This document shows, one piece after another, positions 14,150 through 25,800 of a stretch of 64,000 bases of DNA. Made by a program: the position numbers and the translations under genes. The stretch spans positions 992,001 through 1,056,000 of the forward strand of contig CP075497.1 in assembly GCA_021613535.1 (NCBI GenBank), read 5' to 3'. The notes under the pieces are model-generated. The model saw nothing but the letters and a program-made list of their open reading frames with translations, was not told the origin of the DNA and did no database searches. The DNA comes from Adineta vaga (Eukaryota > Animalia > Rotifera). Positions within the stretch are counted from its first letter, which is position 1. The number at the start of each line of letters is the position of its first letter.

Positions 14150-15232
14150 CTATATTGATAGAATTCTTTTGATCCATCTATCAAGTTCCTGATTAACTGC
14201 AGCTGGATTTTCTTCCATCACCCAATGAGCAGTTTTCAATGCAACTGTATCTAAATCAACAATGTATGGATTTGGTCCACTATAGAAAGCGATAAGACTT
14301 ATATAATCCTTTGTTCCTCCAATAAAAAGTACAGGCCGTTTGATAATCGGATCGAGATCTTTTTCATCATTCCAGTCAATATTCGTAATTATAGCTTTAT
14401 ACCAATTTAATTTTGGTTGCATTCCTTCGGCAAGATATTGTCGAAAAATTGTGTAATCGTTTTCTGTCATAAATGAAGCTCTCGTAGTTCTCTTTCCATT
14501 GATTAACCAGTTTCGTGCTTTTCCAACTGGAGCTAAATCTGTCTTCCAAAGCATCGAATCATTGGCAAAGGCAAGATCAATGAAACTCTCCAAATTTCTT
14601 TCAATAATTTCTGCTGCATCATTAGCTTCGAAAAATTTCCAATAACCTAAGTTCTCGTATCCAATTGCTTTCCTAGAAGACTCAAGTGCTTGATCTAGAT
14701 CAAATATTTTTGGTTTACTATATCCACCACTAATCAATACAACACCTAATGTTCGTTGCGGTTGATATAGAACAAAACGATTTGCCACATGAGTTCCAAA
14801 ATCGTGTCCAATAATAATAACATCATTTACATGTAAATGATTCAGTAAAATAATGAGATGTTCAACCATTGATTTACTCTTATATTCATCTGTATTCAAT
14901 GGTGAATATGTCCTACCATAACCCATCATATTTGGTGCTAGACAATCGTATCCTTGTCGTAAAAAATGTTCAATTTGAAAACGCCAACTGTGAAATGATG
15001 ATGGAAATCCATGGAGAAACAAAATGGTTGGCTTCGAACTATTATTCATGTTTCCTTTGACATAAATATACTCGTAATTAATACCAGGAATCACTTCATA
15101 GTTCTCTGCTTTTAACACAAGAGGAGAATATTGTTCATAAATGTTGATACTATGAATATTATTTAGTAATAATGAAGATACGATAATAAAAACAGATAAT
15201 AAGTTAAAACTATAATTTATAATAGTATTCAT
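14150..15232 (-). CDS. Epoxide hydrolase-like alpha/beta hydrolase with N-terminal signal-like peptide, intronless
   Basis: HGFP oxyanion motif, GYGRT, GHDFG (Asp nucleophile), lid tyrosines in GYWKFF and LNWYKA, and catalytic His in TAHWVMEE. Residues ~8-28 are hydrophobic. Confidence 0.88.
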   Translation of the reverse strand: MNTIINYSFNLLSVFIIVSSLLLNNIHSINIYEQYSPLVLKAENYEVIPGINYEYIYVKGNMNNSSKPTILFLHGFPSSFHSWRFQIEHFLRQGYDCLAPNMMGYGRTYSPLNTDEYKSKSMVEHLIILLNHLHVNDVIIIGHDFGTHVANRFVLYQPQRTLGVVLISGGYSKPKIFDLDQALESSRKAIGYENLGYWKFFEANDAAEIIERNLESFIDLAFANDSMLWKTDLAPVGKARNWLINGKRTTRASFMTENDYTIFRQYLAEGMQPKLNWYKAIITNIDWNDEKDLDPIIKRPVLFIGGTKDYISLIAFYSGPNPYIVDLDTVALKTAHWVMEENPAAVNQELDRWIKRILSI

Positions 15233-15378
15233 TTCTTTGTATTTGTCTGTGTGAAGTGAATAACAACGAATTATACACTTCTTAATATTTTCTCTCTTTA
15301 TTGATCCTTTAAATCCTCTATTTATTCTTTGCTTTACTCATTCTATTTTCTATTATTCAATAATATCAACTTAATTCG

Positions 15379-15446
15379 CATCTTGTGGGGTGTGGGTGTG
15401 GATGGGAGTGAAGAGGATATACCCTCACCCACACACCCTCTAGGTG
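15379..15446. repeat. Short hairpin/MITE-like element with telomere-like arms
   Basis: catcttgtggggtgtgggtgtgg ... accctcacccacacaccctctaggtg; imperfect inverted ends related to those at 44606-44684. Confidence 0.65.
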
Positions 15447-16169
15447 TATGTTAAAGTTTAGGTAGTTCTATCAGTTGTTAGATATGAATCAATTCATATT
15501 TATCAATATTGAAAGATATCATTGAAAATATTTCTTAATCCATTCAATAAATTCTTCATAATAAAAGTGTTATATATCACACTATCAAGAAGATTCGTCA
15601 ATTGTCTAAGAAAAAATGAACATAAAATTGAAATTATACTTTTTTTCTAATATAAATTCTAAAATAACAATGATACAAGTATGTTTTTATCATATTTTAA
15701 ATGATCAATACATTTAAAAAATCGTCTGTCCTATATTTACCTTTGACAAAAGAAATGTTCTTTTTCTTTGACTATACATTTATCGAATAGGTGTAGAATG
15801 AAATAAAGTCAGGTACTTTCACCTTATCCAAAAAAGTGCATATGTACTTTCAAACTTTCTCTTTGAAGTACATGAAAATAAAGGTAAGACGTACCTATAC
15901 ATGCCTGTGAGAAAGTACACTCGCATATAATATCTACGTAATAACTGTCAAGCCTCTATTAATCAAAAAAGAAAACGTAAACAAAACTAGGTATTTAAAA
16001 GAAAAGAAAAAAATTTATTTTTAGTAATAAATATTCATTCAGACGTGATCAAATCAAACACTCCTCTATTCTATTTAAAACGTCGTATTACACCCAAGAT
16101 TTTCTTAAGTATATAAACACTTAGTTTTCAAATTGATTTGTTACACAAAATAAGAAATTACTATTCAAA

Positions 16170-17808
16170 ATGGATACAACTACCGACGAAATTAATAAAG
16201 AAAAGGTTTATGTTGTTGATGTAGACCCGCCAGTTATTCAAGAGGTTGTGACCATAAAAGATATAGATGAACAAATCTGTGATGATCCAAATGACAAAAT
16301 TCTTCTTCGAAAACTTGATCGTCATTTAATTCCAACAATGACATTATTATATTTATTAAGTTATCTCGATCGTGTTAATATTGGTCAAGCTAAACTTGAT
16401 GGTCTTTTAGAATCATTAAGTCTTTCAAGTTCTCAATACAATGCATGCTTAAGTGTTTTCTTTGTTACTTATGTTTTATTTGAAATTCCATCAAATTTAG
16501 TTTTAAAAAAACTTCGACCAAGTCGATGGATACCTATGATTATGATTATTTGGGGAATTATAATGACACTTATGGGTCTTGTTAATAATTTTTCAAGTCT
16601 TCTTGCTTGTCGACTTCTATTAGGTGCAGCTGAATCAGGTCTTTTTCCAGGTAAGAAAATTTATTTTTTTTCTTCATATTTACATATTTTTTGAATTATC
16701 TCTAGGTGCAACATTTTATTTATCAAGTTGGTATAAACGACGTGAATTATCATGGCGTATAAGTATACTTTTTTCAGCTGCATCATTAGCTGGTGCATTT
16801 GGTGGTATTCTTGCTTATGGAATTAGTCAAATGAAAGGTATAAGAAATCAAGAAGGTTGGCGTTGGATATTTTATATTGAAGGAATTTTAACTGTTCTTG
16901 TTGGAATATTAGCATTTTTTTTAATTGCTGATTTTCCATCAAATCGACCAAAATTTTTAACCAAAGAAGAATGTGATCGAACAATAAGTCGTTTACAATC
17001 AGACTCTGGACCTGGTGCTGGTGAACATTTTAGTTGGAAACAAGTTCGTTCAGCATTTTTAGAATGGAAAATCTATATTTTCAGTTTATGTTATATTGGT
17101 TTTTTGGTTCCACTTTATTCTCTTGCACTTTTCTCTCCAACTATTGTTCAAGGTCTTGGTTTTACCAGTTATCGTGCTCAATTAATGACTGCACCTCCAT
17201 ATGCATTTGCATTTGTAACAACAATGACAACGGCATATTTTTCGGATAAATATGCACGACGTTCGATCTTTATGATATTTTGGGTTTTAATCAGTATGAT
17301 TGGTTTTATTATTCTTATTTGCGTAGAAAATAATGATGTAAAATATTTTGCTATATTTCTAACAATGGGTGGAAATTCACCATGTGTTGCAACATGTATT
17401 ACTTTTATCTCAGGAAATATTAGTCCACAAACAAAACGTGCTACTGCATTGGCATTCATGTTATCTGTTGGAAATAGTGGTGGAGTTATTAGTGGACAAA
17501 TTTATCGAACGGAAGATGCACCACGTTTTATTCTTGGTCATGCAGTTAATCTTGGATTTTGTACATTGGGATTTATTGCAACTTGTATTTTATTTATTAG
17601 TCTCAAATTAGAAAATAAACGTCGAGATAAATTATATGGTTCAGTAGCAAAGTTGAAACCAATTGAAACAAATACAAAAACAGAAGTTGTTGATATTTTT
17701 GGATTAGGGACTGACGAAGACCGAAAAAAATGGGGTTATGAAAATATGACAGAACAAGAAATTAGAGATTTAGGTGATAAACATGCTGCTTGGCGTTATA
17801 TTTTATAA
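16170..17808 (+). CDS. MFS transporter, anion:cation symporter family (fungal Dal5/Tna1 allantoate/nicotinate permease-like)
   Basis: Exons 16170-16650 and 16706-17808 with a 55-bp GT-AG intron join in frame (LFPG-ATFYLSSWYKRREL). Motifs RKLDRHLIP, LDRVNIGQAK, FEIPSNL, GWRWIFYIEG, QLMTAPPY and ENKRRD. Confidence 0.9.
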
Positions 17809-19883
17809 TGTTGACTTTCTTTAATATTAATAAAAATTGTAAATTTTTCATTGTATATGATGACTTTTATCGATAATATCACAAAAATAATTGACAAAAA
17901 TAAGACGAATGAAAAAATTTCCTCATCTACTTTTTTTAAAGTTACGAAAGAAAAACAACAGAACACAAATAATTATAATAACCCTTTTTTTTCTCGTCAT
18001 GATAAATATCGACATTGAGAAAGAGAACAAACACGTGTTTTGATATAAATCGATATTAATTATTAAAAATACATAGTGCATATGATATTGGATAGATTAA
18101 CTATATTGTCGCGAGTTACATTTTTATGAAACTATAGTAGTGAGTATTAAATATTTTAAATAAACTATCGCTTATAGTATAGTATAAAATCTTTGTGTTA
18201 TCGACTATGATAATTCTATAGCATGTATCTGTTATCGGTTTTTACTAGATTAAAACTTATGTCTTTTAGACTATATGCGATGATTTATGACAAAAATCTA
18301 CTAAGGGTTTCATTATAGGACTGAATATTTTTTTCTTCAAAAGAAAGTATTAAGATGAGTAGGTAAACATAGGAGATTATTAATACGATTGCCCCCCTCC
18401 TGCCCTTCCCTTCTGTATAGCTGTAATGTTTAATTGTGTTTTAACGTGTACTTATGACGATCCATGGAGGAGATGGGTCCACATTTCTGTTCTTAAACAC
18501 TCTTTCAGATCGAGTTTCACAAAAATATCGCTAGGGTGTTTAATTGTCTCGTTCACACACACCCTCAATGGTAAAGGATCTTCTCCTGTTGGAGTTGGTT
18601 GAAGTTTTTTTACAAAACATTTAAATTTTTATCAAGAAAGATTTCCACAAATATAAAATAAATAAATCCGATGTTCATCATTCTTGTTATCTACAACTAC
18701 AAGTAATGATTTTCGTTCTGATTCAAGAATTTATACACGTGAAAACGAAATAAATGATCTTTCTATTGTTTTTAAATTTACTTTATTAAAACTATGAAAA
18801 AACATATCAATATATGAACTACATTGATCACTTGTTAATAATTTCATTTCTTATTTATAATACGAATAACGACGTATTGTTTGACGTAAATTTGAGTTCA
18901 ATTCTGTACTAATTATAATGTGCATATGATGACTAAATATAATGAGAAAAGCCAAATGAATGAAAATTCATTCTTATAATTTCGCTCGTGATGCAGATCA
19001 TCCTAAAATAGTTTTCTTTTTTTTCAGCAATATCATCTTAAAGAAATGTATCATTACTAATCATTTTTGTAAAATTTATATTATTACCATCTAGATATTG
19101 AAATAGAATTTTTTTCTTTTCATTAAAATTAATTTTTATTTACTTTTTGTTATAAATTAATTAATATATGAAATGGCATTCCATCTTGATATGTTTCATC
19201 AGCATCAAAATAACAATAAATAATATCTTTGTCTTTCATATTTCTCTCGATGTTTAAATAAAATCTTGCACGTAAAATTGTTTTCCCATCACCGCCCACC
19301 CGCACACTCAAGAAAATATTTGTTGAGGAGATATAATTTTTGATAATTAATTTTTTAATTGTTTTTTTTCGACTTAAATGATAAAATAATGAAATAGAAT
19401 GTATATGTATTGGCTATGTATGGCAAACATTATTTAATTCTCATCATTGAGTGCCATCGGATAAATGACCTGTCTGTTGTAAATTAAAGAGCTTTTCACG
19501 TTGTATTTTATGGTATATTATTATTGTTTATACAATATATGAAGTCACTGCATACTACAACGCAAAACTTATTCATAACAAAAATCAGAAAGACTGTCGT
19601 TTTATCGAAATTTTATTATCATTCTATTAGTTAAAGTACAATCAAATAACACAGCAAAATAGAGCATTATTTTCTGTATAGGATTATATAGAAAAGAAGT
19701 TTATTAATGTATTTTAATTATACTTGCATAAAATACGATGACACGAACTTTTAGTATACCCTAAGTATATATGCAATAACGTATTAAAAATATAACATCT
19801 AAAAGCAGTTCTTCTACGAGAAAGATCTGAGCGAGTGTATATACGAGCATTACTTGTTTTTTAGAGTGTTTTCTGATGTAATT

Positions 19884-22800
19884 TTATTTCTTGTCAATAT
19901 TAGCAGTGATTAGTGGAAAGAGAGACGGATCATTCGCGATGACAAGAGCAAGTTGGGTGACCGATAAATGAGTGAAAAAGAGATGAGTATTGATTTGGGT
20001 AGAAATTTCTTGTTGTAATAAAGCCACCACTTGAAGAGCCTTGAGAGACGTACCACCTTGTTCAAAAAATGATTTGTTCACATCTATATCGTTTGTCGTA
20101 CAATTAAGAATTCGAGCAAACACGACTTCAATGGATTTGACAAGCTCTAGTTGCTGCTGTGGTATATCTACAATAGGTGTTGAACACGGTATATTCACTT
20201 CCTAAAACATATGCGTAGTTATAGATGAAAAGTTTTTATTTCATTACCTGATTATTCTCATTTATCTCACTTTTATTCAATGTGATAATCTCATCCAAAG
20301 GCAACTGTAACTGATTTGTACGGCTCGAACCAAAGAGCTGAGTGAGCAATTTAACGAAGCAATTAGCATGTTGTTCAATCGTTTCTCGTTCAAAGACATC
20401 AAACATGTATCCCCACACGCAATCAATGGTCACAGCGTGCTTGTCATAGGCAAATGAGACATCCAAATCGAATTTGTATCCAATGTCAATATCTTTCATT
20501 GGCTTTTTATAAGTAGAAAGACGACATGAGTCACCGAACATGATGTCATCCATATTCGTATAATCAATAACTGTCGTATCGACGCTGAAGATTGTCTGAA
20601 GATATGGAAATTGTAAGTGTGAATTTGGCACGCGGTGCAAATCAATCAATTTATCGTAAGGTAAATGTGCATATTGAACGCTCGCAAGAAATGTTTGTTG
20701 CACTTTATAAACGAGTTCAGTGAAGGAAAGTTTATCAAGATCGGTATTGACGATACGACATGGAAGAATATTGACAAACATACCGATCATTGAGACAATC
20801 TCTGGTCGATATCGATTCTGATGGATTACACCCACACATGCATCTCGATTGTGTGATGAAAGTTGAGCTAGAAAGAGATAGAAACATGTAAGACCCAGTT
20901 GAAATAGAGTGACATTAAGTTCGTGAGCACAGAGAACCATTGAACGAGCAATCGTTGATGGAACAGCAACACTCAGCAATTCGCCTTGACCTGTGCGACG
21001 AGCTGATAATGGTCTTTTAGTACTACCCAAATCCAATTGTCGATCCCAAGCATAGTCACTCAATAGTTCTTTCCAATAAGTACAGGCTTCTGTCATCGCT
21101 AATTTCCGTTCATGGACAGAATAATCGATGTATTGTAAGCAAGGTGGTGACTGTAGTTCGTCACTTGTATAGGCCAGTTTAAGTTCATCCAAGAACAAAT
21201 CTATAGCTCGTCCATCGAATGAACCATGGTGGAAGTTAAATAGGAGTAAATCATCAGTTGATAATGTGTCTTTCTTATTGCCGTGATCGTATCGAAGAAA
21301 ATGACATCGAAATACGCCGTGATGTTCTGTATCAAATGGTGTCCACATTTCTTCGCGTAATAATTTCTTTTGTTGTTGGCCATCATTGATGGTGCTCACG
21401 CGAATAGGATAAGTGATTGTTTGATGGATCGATTGACGCAACATACCACGTTCGACATCGAAAATGAGTCGAGTACGAAAGATCCAATGATTACTGACAA
21501 CGAAGTTTAGTGCACGAAGACACCGCTCGATCGACAAATGACCCGAATCAATTTTAAATATCATATTCATATTATAGATAGGTGCGACTTGTGGCCAATC
21601 TATGAAACGAGTATGCTCAGCCAACCAGATAGTCGTTTGCGCATATGAAGCAGGACCTAAAAGAAAAAGTGTTTTTGTCATTAGTAACAATAATAATCGA
21701 TCTAATAACCTTCGGTGATATTGAGTGGATGCCATGGTAATTCGAGAGTGACGTGACGTTCTTCAAGCAGATGAGCATGATCAGCAATAGTCGTACCCCG
21801 GAAAAGAAAACTAATATCGATTGATTGTCGAAATTGTGTTTGATAGCTATGATGAAGTTTCATGAGAAGAAGTGAGTGACCACCGAGTTTAAAAAAACTA
21901 ATATTGATCGAAGGAATCGATTTTAAACCGAGCACTTGACACCAGATCGATGATATATGTCGTTCCAAGTCGCTGCGATGCTGCTCATCTGGCTTCGTCG
22001 TGTCTGAAGATAGGAGTGAAAAGTCAGGCGATGGTAGTGCCTTTCTGTCCAATTTCCTATTAAGATTCAGTGGCAAGTCGCTCATGAGAATAAACAGAGA
22101 TGGTACCATGTACAAAGGCAGATGTTTGGAGCATTCATCACGCAACATATTCACGTTCAATTGTACTTTCGTTTCAACATACGCGATAAGATGATCTAGG
22201 TTCTCGTAAGTGAACTTGACGACAACACAATTCGTGATCTCAGACGAAGATCGCATAATCTCTGCTTCTATTTCACCTAATTCAATGCGTTGCCCTCTCA
22301 ACTTTACCTGAAAATCGATGCGACCCACAAAAACCAGTTGTCCATCAGGATTAATTCGGGCAAGATCACCCGTTCGATAGAAGACACCGTCATGGTTAGG
22401 GAATCGAACAAGCACTTTTTCACTCGCTTCGAGATCATTGAGATAGCCAGAAAAGATGCCAACACCGCCCAGGAAAATCTCACCGATGTTTCGCCCGTCA
22501 GGTATGACTTGCTGGCCGTAGCTATCAAGTACACGAACTTTTCGACCAGGTAGACATCGACCAATTGGTACAATCTCTGGAATGTCGTCGTCTGTAGGTT
22601 GCATCTTGTAAAATAGCGCTGATATAGTGCATTCCGCAGGAGCATAAACGTTAATTAAAGAGCAGGAAACTGATAAATGACTAAAAACACTCCTCAGTAT
22701 CTTGCCCTGCAGTTGCTCGCCTGGAAAAAGAAAAATAGAAATGTTCTACTTTTAGTCAAATAGTATCTTTTCTTACCACCAACAGTAATTAGCTTCAGTG

Positions 22801-25800
22801 TAGCAAGACATTTAGAAATTCCTGATTCCGCATTGCTACTTAAATAATTGCAAAGAATGGATAGTGACGTGGGTACAAAGTCGATAAGAGTTGCTTGATT
22901 CTTTTCAATTGTTTCACAAAGATAATGTGTGTCAAGATTGCCATGTGGTCGAAGTAGTACTATCGTCGCACCACAAACTAAACTACCCATATACTCGTCA
23001 ACATGTTCATCGAATGAACAACTACCCATTTGAATCGTTACATCATTAGCGCGATTGCACAGAATTTGGTTATATGAATAAACCATATGCGTAAAGTTCC
23101 GATGGTTTGTTGGTACCACTTTGGGTATTCCCGTGGAGCCACTCGTAAAGATCAAGAAAGCAATATCGTTCATCGAAACATTGACATATGCCAGTGGCTC
23201 TGAGTCAGTCGCAATATTTGGACAGAGCAGTAGCGTGTCCATAGCTACATTGTTGTTCTGAATTAAATGATTCGTACTAGAATGAGTGAGAACACATCGT
23301 GGTCGAGTCAGGCCGATCAATAACTGCAATCTTTCGGAAGGTTCATGAGGTGAGAGAGGAAGATAGGAAGCACCACTGAATAGAATTGCCATGATACCAA
23401 TTGACATTTCGACGGAACGCTCAACACATTGACCAACAATATCACCTGACTGCACTTGATACTGGTCAATAAGATGACGAGCCATCAACTGCGATGAATA
23501 GAACAATTCAGCATAGGTGAGCGATTGATCATCAAGAATCACTGCCAATTTCTGTGGATGTTCCCATGCTCGACATGCAAATTGTTCATGAATAGGTAGC
23601 AGATTCAAAGGAAGAAGCAATTGATCACCATTATTTACATGATCTACCAGCTCGTGTTCATGGGGAAGAAGTAGTGTATATTCAAAGATTGATGTGCTTA
23701 CGGACGAGACTAACAGTTGACTAAGAAGACATTCAAATCGACGAGCCATTAACTCAATCGTGACTATTTCAAAGAGATCACTTGAACCATTCAGAGTAAT
23801 GATGATCGATCGTGCTTGAACGTTGTGATGAAAAGAACATGTTAGATCGAACTTAGCCACGCGTCGAGGATCAGTAGTGATCGCGGCAATGAATGAATGT
23901 AAACGTGTATTTGATTCCAGAAAAATTTCATTTCGCTGTTCAATTTCGACATCGAAAAGAGTTTGTAGAGTACCAATGCCTGTTTTCGAAGTGATATCCT
24001 GAAAGGGTAGATGAGCATGTGGAATTGTGGCAAGAGTGAGATCTTTGACGCATTCTACAAGAGAAGTAAAATTCGAGTGTGGCCCAATGATCAGTCGATT
24101 TGGCAATGTGTTCACAAAAACACCGATAACGTTTTCGAGTTCAGCTCGATGTCGATTGGCCGTTGTTGTTAGAATGCATAAATCTGTTTGTTGAGTTAGT
24201 TTGAATAGAAAAACATAAAACATTGAAAGACCAAGTTGGAAAAGAGTCACTTCATACTCAATCAAAAAGTTGAGCATTCGATCGGTAAGATCTTGACTGA
24301 GTTCGAAATCGAAGGTAATACCTAGACCCGATCGAGTTGTCTTATCGTTTGGAAATCGATCGTACGGTAACTGCAGAGTAGTGTTAGTAAATCCGCTCAA
24401 GTGTTGTTTCCAGAATATCATCGCCTCATCCATGTTTATCTTTTTCTCATGCATTGCATAGTCAATGTAATCAAAAACACAAGACTCAAGAGATGCATCA
24501 GTTGAGTAAGCTGTTTTGAGGTCATGGAAGAACAAATCAACTGATACCCCATCAAATGCCGCATGATGAAAGTTGAATATGAGGATATCTGACGGTGTGA
24601 GAAGATCTCCAACGGTTGCTACAGATCGTCGAATAGCGTGACATCGAAATACTCGACCTTCATTCAAATCGAATAGACGAGGATTTGTTTCTTCATCATA
24701 GAGAATCTCTTGCAGATCTCTCTCATTACCAACTACCGTTATCATAATTTCTAATGGTACGTCGTCCACAATCTCTTGTTGGAGAATACCCTCACTCTCA
24801 TCATATACCAGTCGTGTGCGAAGTGTCTTGTGTTTTTGAATTAGTGCAAAAAGTGCTCGTTTTAATCTCTCTAGTGAGATAGGCATCTGAACAATTTCAT
24901 AGACAAGAGGAATGTGATATGTGGCTACTGTCTCTCCCACATTACCGAAACGAACACGTTCATCCAAGTAGAGACGAGTTTGAGCGAAGGAAGCAGGTCC
25001 TTAAACAAGATCAATAGGGATGACATTATATTCGAGAATAATTTACCTTTGTTGATGTTGAAGGAATACCATTGTGGTTCTATGGTCATCTGATGAGTTT
25101 CGAGTAATTGAGCATGATCGAAAATGGTTGCACGACGAAACAAGTCACTAATATTAATTGATTGTTGAAATCGAGTTTGATAGGCATGGTGTAGCTTCAT
25201 GAGAAGAAGAGAATTACCGCCTAACTTGAAGAAACTAAGGCTTGCGGAAGGAATCGATTCAAGATGGAGCACTTGTGACCAAATTGACGAGACTTGTCGT
25301 TCGATTTGTGTTCGACATTGATCGTCTCTCACAGTCAGATCAGTGGAGAGGAGAAGTGAAAAGTCAGGAGGTGGAAGTGCTTTTCGATCTAGTTTACCGT
25401 TTAGATTGAGTGAAAAATGATCGACAGGAATAAACAACGATGGCACCATGTACAGAGGCAAGTGTTTCATGCACTCGTCACGCAACATATTCACGTTCAA
25501 ATGCACTTTCGTCTCAACATAACTAACCAGGTGTTCTACGCCATCATGATCGACTTTGACGACAACACAATTCGTGATCTCAGACGAAGATCGCATAATC
25601 TCTGCTTCTATTTCACCTAATTCAATGCGTTGCCCTCTCAACTTTACCTGAAAATCGATGCGACCCACATAGTGTAAATCACCTGACGTGCTGTCGATAC
25701 GGACCAGATCGCCAGTTCGATAGAATATTTCAGCTCTATGGGGTAGCAGTACAAGCACTTCGTTCGACAAATCCGGTTGTTGTAAATACCCTCGAAATAT

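Noticed and set aside
14150-15232. Stand-alone type II thioesterase releasing the NRPS product
   Set aside because: It has GHDFG (Asp nucleophile) and epoxide hydrolase motifs rather than GxSxG.
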